Assembly: GCF_964355755.1 (NCBI RefSeq)
Contig: NC_092675.1
Span: 28,554,912 to 28,618,911 of the forward strand
Direction of reading: 5' to 3'
Origin: Antedon mediterranea
Lineage: Eukaryota > Animalia > Echinodermata
DNA length: 64,000 nt
The translations under genes and the position numbers were made by a program. Positions 51,402 to 64,000 of this stretch are shown piece by piece (position 1 is the first letter of the stretch; each line of letters opens with the position of its first letter). Below the pieces are notes generated by a model that saw only the letters and a list, made by a program, of their open reading frames with translations, searched no databases and had not been told where the DNA came from.

Positions 51402-54400
51402 TACGCCAGTCTAGCGCCCCCTATCTGGGTTGACTTATATATCATGGCCGCTGGTTGTTATGTTATTGTTGTGATATTTGGTTTTGACGAATAAAGATCT
51501 TATTCTACTTGAGTCTTACGTGTCCGGTCGTCTTTATTGTGGTGTGCCTTTTGCCATACTGGCGTGGTGGCAGCTATACGATTACGAGCCCACCCACCAT
51601 TATTCGACTAGTACTGGTGAGTAGCCTACCCAATCTAGTAGGCCTAGCCCAACAAATCGAGCTAGCATATCATCACATACTCTACGCTTTCACAGGCGCC
51701 GATCGGCTGTTGCTTCACACGTGCAACTGACAACACCTAGACTTCTGTATATATTTCCTACCATGGCCGGTACTAGAGCACCCAAGCAATGGTGCTTAAC
51801 CAAGAATGAAACTATAAATACATTCGAAAACTGGAAGCAAAACCTTATCTACACACTCTCACTTGATGAAAATTTTGCCCCATTTCTCCTACATGGTTCT
51901 GTTTGGCGTCCCAAAACCAGGGCATCCCCTCTTCACGGCTTAACTGACGACAATGAGGAGGTACCTGTTGCACGTCGTCATACCGCCCAACAAAAACTCA
52001 CTATCCTTGAACTCATGCTCGGTCAGATCGCTAATTTTTGCCCTATAATTTCCCGGAATACCATTGTTAAAAGCTCCTCCTCACTTTCACAAATTTGGCA
52101 AACTATCCGACTGCATTATGGATTCCAGTCAACCGGCGCCCATTTTATTGATTTTGCTGATATACATTTACAAGATAATGAAAGGCCGGAAGATCTCTAT
52201 CAGCGCTTAGTTGCTTTTGTCCATGATAATTTACTACGTCAAGACGGGGAAATTTCCCACCATGATGCCCAAATACAGGAGGACGAAGAACTTTCACCCT
52301 TGTTGGAAAATTTGGTAGTTCTTACTTGGCTCTCTCTCATCCACAAAGGCCTTCCTAAGTTGGTTAAGCAAAGGTATGGTACTGAGCTCCGCACTCGAAC
52401 TCTAGCGTCAGTGAAACCGGAGATTTCTCAGGCTTTAGACTCTCTCTTAGAAGAGTTACGAACTGCGGATGATGCGCGTGTTTTTCGGTCATCCACATTT
52501 CGCTCTCCTTCAGCTTTCACACCCTGCTCCACTGATTCACGCCGAAATTCCAATCCTCGGCAGTCACTCTCCCGACCACAGTTTTCCCAACACAAGTCCT
52601 GTCCTATCTGTAAACAGAGCGGCCGATCGGACGACAAGCATTTCCTCAGTGAATGCCATCATTTGCCCGAGTCAGACAGGAAATACATGGCTAAAGCCCG
52701 ACAAATCGTTGGCATCATCGATGATGATAACACCTCGGATGAGCCTGGTGATAATAGTGCACCGTCGACAGCTTTACGAGTCCAAGTTCGCCAGTCCCCA
52801 TACCTTGACACATTTCACCAACACCACACAGCCAGAATCACACTAGACAGTGGGGCTACAGGAAACATGATTGCCTTTACTGCTGCCACTGCCCTTGGCG
52901 CCACCATAAAAAGTAGCACTCAGTCTGCCCATCAGGCTGACAGATCTTCCCCACTTTCGGTCGTAGGCGAAACCACAATTATTCTCACAAGGGACGACAG
53001 GGAATTCAAATTTGAGGGTCTCGTTGTCGAAAAACTTGACGTCGACATTCTTGCCGGAACTCCTTTTATGGAGCTAAATGATATCGCCCTCCGACCTGCG
53101 AAGCGGGAAATCAAATTGGGTGACGGTACCACGTACATCTATGGTTCCCAGGTACAGGGCCTTCACCATAACACGGTTCGCCGTGCTTGTGTGCTTCGTG
53201 CTCCTGAAGGGGAGACCACTATATGGCCGGGAGAATTTATCGAGGTAGCCATTCCGTCTGACTTCATCCAACAAGATGACGTGTTTGCTCTCGAACCACA
53301 TAGTAAGGGTACGTTTCCTCGAACCTGGCCAAAGTTTGACTTGGTCTCTAGTGTTGCGGGAAGGGTACGTATCCCAAACTCCACCGACACACCTCAGGTC
53401 ATCAAACGACACGAACATTTTTGCCAAGTCCGACCCACCTTTGTGCCATTGTCGGCCGAAAATGCTATTCCCCAAAAGTCACCATCTAAGCCCTGTAAGC
53501 CTCCTTCCTCTGTCGCGTTTTCTGATTATGTCAAGCTAGATCCAGACCATATCCTCCCACAGAATGTGAAATCCCAATTCCAAAATCCATTCTTACTGAA
53601 TACGATGTTGTTTTCGATCCTATGATTAAAGCCTACAACGGCTCTGTTGGCCCATTCCAGGCTGTTGTTAACATGGGACCTCCTGTACAGCCTCCTCAGA
53701 GGAAAGGTCGAGTTCCTCAGTACTCCAGAGATAAACTGGTTGAGCTACAGGACAAATTTGATGAGCTTGAGGAAGTGGGAGTATTTTTTCGCCCCAAGGA
53801 CGTCGGTGTCCAAGTCGAATATCTTAACCCATCTTTCCTTGTCAAAAAAGAGAGTGGTGGTTACCGTCTGGTTACAGCATTCGCCGAGGTCGGACGATAT
53901 GCAAAACCCCAACCCTCCCTTATGCCGGATGTCAACTCCGTTCTACGTAACATCGCAAAATGGAAGCACTTAATCACTACTTACCTCACAAAATTAAGGC
54001 CTTTTACCAGATTCCTTTGTCTCGCGCTTCTATGAAGTACTGCGGCGTTGCCACACCATTTCGAGGTGTGAGAGTTTATGCCCGGTGTGCCATGGGTATG
54101 CCTGGTTCAGAGACCGCCCTCGAAGAGCTGACTTGTCGGGTACTGGGGGATTTGATTAAGGAGGGAGTAGTAGCAAAGCTTGCGGATGACCTTTATTGTG
54201 GAGGGGACAGTTTAGAGGAGTTAATTTACAATTGGCGGCGTCTACTCCAATGCATTTACAAGTGTGGTCTGCGATTGTCTGCTAGCAAAACGGTGATTTG
54301 TCCACAAACTACAACCATTCTTGGGTGGACCTGGTCCCTAGGTTCTATTCGCGCAAATACTCATCGTATTTCAACGTTAAAGACATGCACTCCACCACCG

Positions 54401-56854
54401 ACGGTAAGAGGTTTACGCTCCTTTATCGGGGCATATAAGGTGTTAGCACGCGTTTTACCTCAGTGCGCATCTCTCATCGCTCCACTGGAAGAAGCCATAG
54501 CCGGCTTACAGTCCAAAGAAACAATACATTGGTACGATGCCTTACATGAAGCATTTAAAGTAGCACAGAACGCACTTGACTCAAACAAGGTCATAGTTTT
54601 ACCTCATCCCGATGACCAACTGTGGATCGTTACGGATGGTGCTGTTAAAAGTCATGGTCTGGGCGCAACCTTATACGTTACTCGTGAATCCAAACCACAG
54701 TTAGCCGGCTTTTTTAGTGCTAAACTCCGTGCACGTCAGGTCACATGGCTACCCTCCGAGATCGAAGCTTTGGCTATTGCGGCAGCCGTTAAACATTTTA
54801 GTCATTTTATTATCCAGTCTCGACATAACACATGTGTCCTAACTGACAGTAAGCCATGCGTCCAAGCGCTTGAAAAGCTATGCAGGGGAGAATTCTCAGT
54901 CAGTCCCCGTGTGTCCACCTTCCTGTCCACCGCTAGCAGGTACCAGATTTCTATTCGGCACCTGGCAGGCTCAGCCAACGTCCCATCCGACTTTGCTAGT
55001 CGCAACGCTCCACCATGCTCAGTTGACAACTGTCAGGTTTGCTCATTTGTCAACGGCGCGATAGAGTCAACGGTACTACGTTCATCGATACGTGATTTCA
55101 TTACTGGAGATGCCAAACTCCCGTTCACCAGTCGGCCAGCTTGGCTAGCCATCCAATCCGAGTGTCCAGACCTTCGGCGTGTAAAAGCTCATCTTATTCA
55201 AGGAACGCGTCCATCTAAAAAGTTAACCAATGTCAGGGACATTAAACGGTACCTTAACTGTTGTTCCATTGGAAGAGATGGTCTCCTTGTAGTCAACCGC
55301 ACTGAACCACTCTCACTTAAGCATGAATGTATCATTGTCCCTCGCCCCGTATTAAACGGACTGCTGACATCACTTCACGTCCGGCTAGTCACCCAACTAG
55401 TCACCAACTTAAGTTATCCGTTCGCCGCCACTTCTTTGCGCTTGACTTGGACAAAACCATCGAACAGGTGTCAGAATCGTGTCATCACTGTGCCTCGATT
55501 CGTACTGTACCCACCACTGCAATTGACCAGTCCACTGATGATCCTCCGTCGAAGCTCGGAGTCACCTTTGCCGCCGATGTCCTAAAACGCGAGCGTCAAC
55601 TTATTCTTGTTGTCAGAGAGACGGTGACGTCTTACACCCTTTCGTGTTTAATCAGCGATGAGAAGCACGATACTCTCCGTGATACCTTAATTCGCTTATG
55701 CATTGGCATGTGCCCCGTGGAAGGCCCCTCAGCAACCATCCGCACAGACCCTGCCCCGGGCTTCATGGCACTCGTCCACGATCCCGTCTTACTGCAACAT
55801 AGGATTTCGATCGAAAGAACATCAACAAAAACCCGGTTGGAGAGAAAGCTGTACGCAAATTGTCAGAAGAGTTACTTCGGCAAGAGCCTGGTGGTGGTCC
55901 CATCTCACCGACGGTGCTTGCTGTCGCCACATCTCGTCTTAACTCCCGTATCCGAACACGAGGATTGTCGTCTCGCGAAATGTGGACACAGCGAGATCAG
56001 TTCACTCATGACCAAATCCCTATTTCTGACCGCAAGTTGATTATCAGCCAACAGCACCTCAGAGCCTCTAATCACGCGCACAGCGAAAAGTCTAAGGCAC
56101 CCGTCGCGTGTGCAGCACCTGACGTTTCTATTACGGTTGGTGATTTAGTCTACCTGTGGACAGATCGTCGCAAGATCTGTGCACGAGATCGCTATCTCGT
56201 TGTTTCTGTAGATGGAAAGTGGTGCAACGTCCGAAAGTTTACGCACTCATAATTGAGAAGCGCTACTTATCGTGTAAAGAAATCAGAGTGTTTTACTGTA
56301 CCGACTGACGTTCATCATTCTCCCACACCAACCTCACAACGCCACTGCGACACCTCTGATGAAGAACCTGATTTCACAGTTGATCCGTCTCCATTTCCTC
56401 CACCCGAGGTACCGTCAACTCTTTCTGCCTCTCCTAATGAGGTGAACGACAAGTCATCATCCATACAGACCCCGGAAGAATCACCAATGGAAGTTCCAGC
56501 ACAGTTGTCTCATCGCACATCCACACGTTCACGCAGATTTCCTCTGACTACGTTCTTGATTTATAATGTTTCATTCGTATTATATAGTTAAGTTTCGACC
56601 ATTCAATGTAGATTTTGAGTGCTTTTGCTTGCTTTGTTTTGTTTTTGACTTTTGTGTTTTCTGAGAAGAGAAAAAAAAAATGATTACGCCAGTCTAGCGC
56701 CCCCTATCTGGGTTGACTTATATATCATGGCCGCTGGTTGTTATGTTATTGTTGTGATATTTGGTTTTGACGAATAAAGATCTTATTCTACTTGAGTCTT
56801 ACGTGTCCGGTCGTCTTTATTGTGGTGTGCCTTTTGCCTGACTGGCGATAATTA
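51402..56854 (+). mobile_element. Gypsy-type element C, near full length, degenerate
   Basis: ~165-175-bp LTRs at 51402-51564 and 56681-56854; PBS TGGTGGCAGC; PPT GAGAAGAGAAAAAAAAAA; PR-RT-RH-IN order. Confidence 0.9.
51763..56591 (+). pseudogene. Element C gag-pol polyprotein, frameshifted
   Basis: LDSGATG protease; AMGMPGS and KLADD RT; IVTDGA RNase H; FAADV..RTDPAPGF integrase; shifts near 53585, 53990, 55385, 55815 and stop at 56250. Confidence 0.85.
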
Positions 56855-56912
56855 TATGTGATACTATCATCAATTATTAAATTTATAAGCAAGCATGTGT
56901 TTCTATACATTA

Positions 56913-59900
56913 TAGTAGAGCAGTTAATGACATGAGCTGTGCATTTTATTACCAAAGCATGAAACTTGGCACAAAGTTTCTTTGATGTATATAGATTCAA
57001 AATATCGGGGGGTGCCAAGTGTCCAACGTCCGGTATGGCGGCCATCTTGATTTCAAAATGGCCACCATAAAAACAAAAAATCTTCAAATCTTGGCAACTA
57101 TACACATTAGAGACTTAATTCTGGTCTCAAATTGTTCACAAACTATATATTTCTATTTGCTCTAATGAAAAGTTTCGTCCAGAAATGACGTTTCTTACAG
57201 TTTGACCTTTGACCTTGTATTTGTATATCTCTGTAACTACTGGTCATTTTCAATCGATTTTGGTGTCATTTTGTTCAGAATAAATACATTTATATTTGTA
57301 GTAATGAAACATTTTCACATAAAATGACCGGAAATACAATTTATGACCTTTGACATTAATTTATTGATTTTTAATTATGTGAATATACTGTAGGTGGTTT
57401 TTGTTGGTCTAAAGTGCACCTAATTTTGAACTTTAACCTGATAGGCGTAATTATATTAAATGATTAATGGACTTAAATTGTATATAGTACATAAAATTGG
57501 TAAACATTGTGCTTGGTGGTACCATTAGTTCAATGATGTTGGCACCTTCTGATTCGCTAAAAGTTTTAATAGTTTGACAGAGGAAATAACATACATGTTA
57601 TTGAATACCGTAAAACCTCGAAAAGGTGATAGTATGAGCTTCTTTTCGAGACAGACTGTATTTGATTGTCAAATGAATATAGTATGATGATCGTGTTTAT
57701 ATCAATATATTATTAATGACCTTACAAAGAACCCTTTCTATTTCAACAATTAAGCCATAGTTATTCTACAATTTATTGTTTTCCAAGTGGTAGGCCTATT
57801 TTGATTGCATCTTATTTTTGTATGCTTCCTCGGTTAATATGGTCCTAACCCTCCTTCTTTGTCTGTAGATGATCTTATACCCCATTCTTTGTCTGTGGAT
57901 GGTCTTTACCCGCTTCTGTGTCTGTTGATGGTATTATTACACCCCTTTCTTTATGTGTGGATGGTCTTACACCCATTTCTTTGTCTGTAGATGGTCTTAC
58001 ACCCCTTCTTTGTCTGTGGATGGTCCTACACTCCCTTCTTTGTCTGTGGTTGGTCCTACACCCTTCTTTTTCTGTGGATGGTCCTACACCCCCTTCTTTG
58101 TCTGTGGATAGTCTTATGCACCCTTCTTTGTCTGTGGATGGTCTTATAATCCCTTCTTTGTATGTGGATGGTCTTACTTACACCCCTTCTTTGTCTGTGG
58201 GTGGTCTTACATCCCCTTCTTTGTCTGTGGATGGTCCGATGGTCCTACACCTCCTTTTTTGTCTGTGAAAAGTCTTATACCCCTTCTTTGTCTGTAAGTG
58301 GTCCTATACCCCTTTCTTTGTCAGTGGACGGTTCTACACCCGCTTCTTTGTCTGTGGATGGTCTTACACCCCTTTCTTTTTCCGTGGACGGTCTTATACC
58401 CCCTTCTGTGCCTGTGGGTGATCTTATACCCCCTTCTTTGTCTGTTGATGGTATTACACCCCTTTCTTTGTCCGTTGATGGTATTACACCCCTTTTTTGT
58501 ATGTGGATGGTCTTATACACCCCTTTCTTTGTGTATGGCTGGTCTTGCACTCCTTTAATTTGTTTGTGGATGGTCTTATACCCCTTCTTTGTCTGTAAGT
58601 GGTCCTATACCCCTTTCTTTGTCAGTGGTGGATGGTCTTACACCCCCTTCTCTGTCTGTGGACGGTTCTACACTCCCTTCTTTGTCTGTGGATGGTCTTA
58701 CACCCCTTTCTTTTTCTGTGGACGGTTTTATACCCCTTCTGTGCCTGTGGGTGATCTTATACCCCCTTCTTTGTCTGTTGATGGTATTACACCCCTTTCT
58801 TTGTCCGTTGATGGTATTACACCCCTTTTTTGTATGTGGATGGTCTTATACACCCCTTTGTGTATGGATGGTCTTGCACTCCTTTAATTTGTCTGTGGAT
58901 GGTCTTATTTCTTTGTCTGTGGATGGTCTTATACCCCCTTCTTTGTCTGTGGATGGTCTTATATCCCCTTCTTTGTCTGTGGATGGTCTTCTCCCCTTCT
59001 TTGTCTGTGGATGGTCCTACACCCCTTCTTTGTCTGTGGATGGTCCTACACCCCTTATTTGTCTGTAAGTGGTCCTATACCCTTTCTTTGTCAGTGGATG
59101 GTCTTGCACCCCCTTCTTTGTCTGTGGACGGTCCTACGCCCTCTTCTTTGTCTGTGGATGGTCCTATACCCCTTTTTTTGTCAGTGGATGGTCTTATACC
59201 CCCTTCTTTGTCTGTGGACGGTCCTACATCCCCTTCTTTGTCTTTAGATGGCCTTACACCCCTTTCTTTGTCTGTGGATGGTCTTATACCTCCTTCTTTG
59301 TGTGTGGATGGTCTTACACCCCTTCTTTGTCTGTGGATGGTCTTACACCCCCTTTTTTGTCTGTGGATGGTCTTATACCCTCTTCTTTGTATGTGGATGG
59401 TCTTACAACCCCTTCTTTGTCTGTGGATGGTCTTACACCCCCTTCTTTGTCTGTGGATGGTCTTACACCCCCTTCTTTGTCTGGACCCACTACTTTGATT
59501 GATTAAATTAGACATTGTTTCTTGTATGATTAGGAAACCAAGACCTTTAAAGTGAAAGTCCACAGGTGGATGCCTAAACAGGTCTTGTACAGAACAGTAT
59601 ATTGTAGGTCCATGTCACTAATTTGAGGATTACTTGAATAATTATATTGAGATGTCTTTTACGAATTGATTTAGTTCGGATTTTGCTAAAAAATCAATGA
59701 CTAGAGAAAATCGAGGAAAAGGATTCAGATAAAAGGTTTACAGCAAAGGCCCATTACCATAAAAATGGAGTACATTTTTTTAGATGCAACAAAAAAACGA
59801 TTGACACATCACAGTTTAGCAAACATGTCGGCATAGATGAGCTCAGTGATCTGTCATACTTTATGCCTATCCTATCACATCAAAAGTTAAAAATTCAGAA

Positions 59901-60456
59901 TAATAATTCCGTGTCATTTATTTCGGTAAAAAAATTAGGTGCATTTATACCAATTTAACCACATACAGTATGTTCACATAATTATATATGTATTGTCAAA
60001 GGTTATAAATTGTATTTCCAGTCATTTTATGTGAAAATGTTTCATTACTATAAATATAAATGTCTTTATTCTGAACAAAATGACACCAAAATCGATTGAA
60101 AATGATCAGTAGTTACTGAGATATACAGATAAGAGGTCAAAGGTCAAACTGGAAGAAACGTCATTTCCGGTCATTTTTGGACGAAACTTTTCATTAAAGC
60201 AAATAGAAATATGTGGTTTGTGAACAATTTAACACCAGAATCAAGTCTCTACTGTTTATAGTTGCCAAGATATGAACACTTTTTGTTTTTATGGTGGCCA
60301 TTTTGAAATCAAGATGGCCGCCATACCGGACGTTGGACACTTGGCACCCCCCGACATTTTGAATCTATATACATCAAAGAAACTTTGTGGAAAGTTTCAT
60401 GCTTTGGTAATAAAGTGCACAACTTGGCTATTTTTATGGCGTTAACTGCTCTACTA
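56913..60456. mobile_element. Academ-like non-autonomous element with ~450-bp TIRs
   Basis: TAGTAGAGCAGTTAA / TTAACTGCTCTACTA termini; 3-bp TSD TTA; arms ~56913-57360 and ~59990-60456. Confidence 0.8.
57838..59484. repeat. 30-bp minisatellite (GGATGGTCTTACACCCCCTTCTTTGTCTGT)n
   Basis: Roughly 55 copies with higher-order blocks. Confidence 0.95.
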
Positions 60457-62457
60457 TTACAACTTACAAGAATACATGTTACTAATACTAGGCCTGTATA
60501 CAATTTTTCAAATGTTACACTTAAAAACCTGAAGAAAATTGTAATTTTCTTGATAAAAACATCTGCTAGTGTTACTTCTGTACATATAATTTCTAACCTA
60601 CTACTTCATTTTATTAAAATAAAAAATAGTACTGTAGATGTAAAAATGTACTACATTGAAGCACACGTACGTAGGGCTAGGCTAGCTAGGCCTTGCTTGT
60701 GACGACCAACAAAGTGCTGCTGCTGTGTGTGTGTTACTGTTTGTGAATCTGATGGTACATACATTGGTTTGTGGCTGCCTATACAGTATTAATTATTAAA
60801 ATTCTAGGCATATTATTATTATTACAATGACGTTCAGTACTACTATTAATATTTATTATTATATTTACAGTGAGTATAGTATTAGGCCTCTAGTATGTAT
60901 AAATCTGTCACTCGTGCAAAAAAGCCAATTGCATGTTGCTGCAGACTGTCCGCCATGCGGTATGTCTACTAGAGGGAGTTTGTGTCCGCCAACCGGTACC
61001 TTGTCAAATTGCCCGACGATTCCATTTTACAGTGGGTAATTACTGTAACTAGTACAATAGCCCGGCGAATCCATTTTACAGTGGGTAATTATTGTATCTA
61101 CAGTGTGGTAGACCGTCAATTACTCGTATTGTTATTACTTATACTGGTATTTGATATACTGTGTGTAGTTTTTTGTTCTTTTTAATTAATAAATGACCTT
61201 TTACAATTGTCTATTGTGATTTTTTAAAACATTGACGAATTAGAAAATATTGGCAACAGAGGGCGCTATTTTTACATTTATAACAGAGCCATAATGAAAG
61301 AGTAAGTAATACGACCAAAGATCTCTCTAGTGTGGTACAGTTACACTGTTCTACAATTTTAGTATACCGTAACAGAGTAAACCCCCTATTGAATTACAAC
61401 AATAATACGTTGCATGCTCCTACGAATTTTACGCATGTTTTGGGGGATACAGAATATTTTAGCTTAGTTAAAATTTTAGGTATCCCGACAGTTTTGTCTA
61501 AAGTACTCTCACATGCATTGATGGGCTACTCATAAACTCATACTCATATAACTCATTACAAGTCTATGATTATTCATTATTATTATTAAAAATGGTTATT
61601 ATCATTATCTTGCACCCTATAGCGCTCTCAGAATTTTATCTATAATATAATTATAATTATTTGTTTAATCTTAAGTTGTTTTAGGCCCGTGACATTATGG
61701 TTAATTGTTTATTATTATTTTACAAAGGAAAACGGACGTACGCCAATTGAAGAGGCCCAAAAACATTAAAGGCATCACATAGGCCTACACACGTGTATAA
61801 AGAAATAATAATTGGGGATACACAGCTATTTAGAGACCCATCCGTAACACCAAAACCCTTAATATAATAATAATTTTTCGGGCTAGAATAGGTGTACCCC
61901 ATGAAATCAACGGGTATTTTACAGAATATTCAAATCACCACCTGAACCGTATAATTGGTATACCATTTACTGTAGGCCTAGTAACCCTACCACATTGTAG
62001 GCCTAGTTCTTGTATAACAAAATGATTATCTTTACTTGTTTATTACAATGATAATATTAATAATTTTTCTAATTCGTCAGATAACGCATTGTACCTATAC
62101 CACCAGGATCTCGAAAACTTCAATCAAATAATGTATATAATAAATTAATTCTTGGCCCTCTCCTTTTTTCATGTTTTTGCAAATGGATACAAAATCCAAT
62201 GCTGGGAGTCTAAAAATATTGTAGCCCCGTAACAGATTATACCCTTCCAGTATCTATATACACCAAGGGATACAATATATCACGGTCGACTGTATAGGAA
62301 AGGTACCCCCCCCCCCCCCTCCGTGACAGATTGAACACCCTATAACAGTTTAATAACTATCTATTATAGGGGGTGCAATTATTACGGTCGACTGTCCAGA
62401 ATATTAGGTACCCCCGTGACAGATTGCACCCTCTATTATACCAGTTAATAACTATCT

Positions 62458-63945
62458 AATATGCAGTTTGTCCACCAGTGGGAGTTTTTTTTACTTTTTT
62501 AACTAAATAATTTGGCTAGGTGTGATCGTGTATTTGAGCTTGGATGGGGAGGGGGGGGGAGTTTATGTTTGGTCGATAATGTTGAACGGAAGGGGTAGGA
62601 GGGGGTATGGTGTGCATGGATATGCCTACATCGTGTGTAACTGTAACAGTGTCCGCCAGAAAGAGCTTTTAAGGGCTTCTTTACATTATTTTATATTTAC
62701 ATTTATATGGATCAATTACAAATTATAACAGGCAACAGGTACGTTATACAATAAACATCAAATAAGCCGTTGATTTCATCGCCTAAAAAACGTGCCAATA
62801 TTTGTTATAACGTAAAAGATATCCCAACTATCCACTAAAGAGAGAGGTTATTAAATTACAATATTCTGTCACCAAAAAAATGATATACATTTAATTTTTT
62901 TAATGTGATAGGCCTACTTCCAGACGGTGACAAATTAGAGTCTTGACTATACATCGTACCGTTTTTTAATGTCCGTTTAAAAATAGCAGAACAGAGAAAT
63001 GCAGTTTGTTTTAAAGGCCTAAAGATATAGGCCTAATATGCAGTTTGTCCTCCAGAGAGAGTTTTTGGACGGGCCTAAGTTCTTTTTTAACTAAATAATT
63101 TGTCTGGTTGTGATCGTGTATTTGAGCTTGGATGGGGAGGGGGCGTTAGTTCATGTTTGGTCGATATGTTGAACGGAGGGTGCGGGGGGCGGGGGTATGG
63201 TGTGAAGGGATAAGCCTACACCGTGTGTAACTGGATTGTCCGCCAGAGAGATTTAAAGGGCATCTTTACATAAATTTGTATTTAGTACATTTATATGTAT
63301 CACTTACAAATTATAGAAACAGGTACGTTCTATATAAACATCAGATAAGCCGTTGAATTCATCGCCCAAAAACATGCCAATATTTGTTATAACGTAAAAG
63401 ATAGCCCAACTGTCCATAGAGAGAGAGTTTATTGAATTACAATATTCTGTCTGTCATCGAAAAATATATGATATACATTTAATTTTTTTAAATGTAATAT
63501 TTCCAGACGGTGACAAATTATGTCTTGACTATACATGATCGTACCGTTTTTTAATGTCCGTTTAAAAATAGCATAGAAATGCAGTTTGTTTTAATATAGA
63601 TAAGGCCTAATATGCAGTTTGTCCACCAGAGGGAGTTTTTGGACCTAAGTTCTTTTTTAACTAAATAATTTGTCTGGATGTGATCGTGTATTTGAGCAAA
63701 TGGGGAGGGAGTTCATGTTTGGTCGATATGTTGAACGGGGGGGGGGAGGGGGGATATGGTGTGTAGGGATAGGCCTACACCGTGTGTAACCGAATTGTCC
63801 GCCAGAGAGAGTTTAAGGGCATCTTTACATAAATTTGTATTGAGTACATTTATATGAATCAATTACAAATTATAGCAACAGGTACGTTCTATATAAACAT
63901 CAGATAAGCCGTTGATCTCATCTCCCAAAAACGTGCCAATATTTG
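62458..63945. repeat. ~575-bp tandem repeat, about 2.6 copies
   Basis: AATATGCAGTTTGTCC(A/T)CCAG recurs near 62458, 63036 and 63609 with colinear downstream sequence. Confidence 0.85.
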
Positions 63946-64000
63946 GAATGAAGGGGGTTGGGGAGATATAGTGTGAAGGGATAGGCCTACATTTGGCGAT

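Noticed and set aside
57918-59563. Many overlapping ORFs
   Set aside because: Translations of a 30-bp minisatellite that lacks stops in several frames.

Overview
AT-rich, intron-rich animal genomic DNA (by inference a marine invertebrate deuterostome, possibly an echinoderm); nothing here is prokaryotic. 1-9015 (-): first 10 coding exons of cyclin G-associated kinase (GAK; kinase domain and start of the PTEN-like domain), with a U12-type third intron. 11190-14009 (-): divergent C-type-lectin/transmembrane receptor-like gene. 19621-24421 (+): calcyphosine-like (CAPSL) gene with two duplicated, apparently selected terminal exons separated by a 1.3-kb foldback element. 30012-31233 (+): EGF, LRRNT and LRR exons of an LRR receptor-like gene whose next exon was not found. 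From about 31.6 kb onward the window is almost all transposons: foldback DNA elements, a nest of SINE > Mag-like Gypsy > hAT (8-bp TSD) > young full-length Gypsy, a third divergent Gypsy with a LADD reverse-transcriptase motif, an Academ-like element carrying a 30-bp minisatellite, and a ~575-bp tandem repeat. Most notable is the young Gypsy (39541-46981). It carries an intact, splice-acceptor-preceded C2H2 zinc-finger ORF where env would sit, plus an 8 x 42-bp hairpin array in its leader, a candidate element-encoded regulator/target pair. All coordinates were read by eye; repeat boundaries may be off by a few bases and superfamily labels rest on terminal motifs only.
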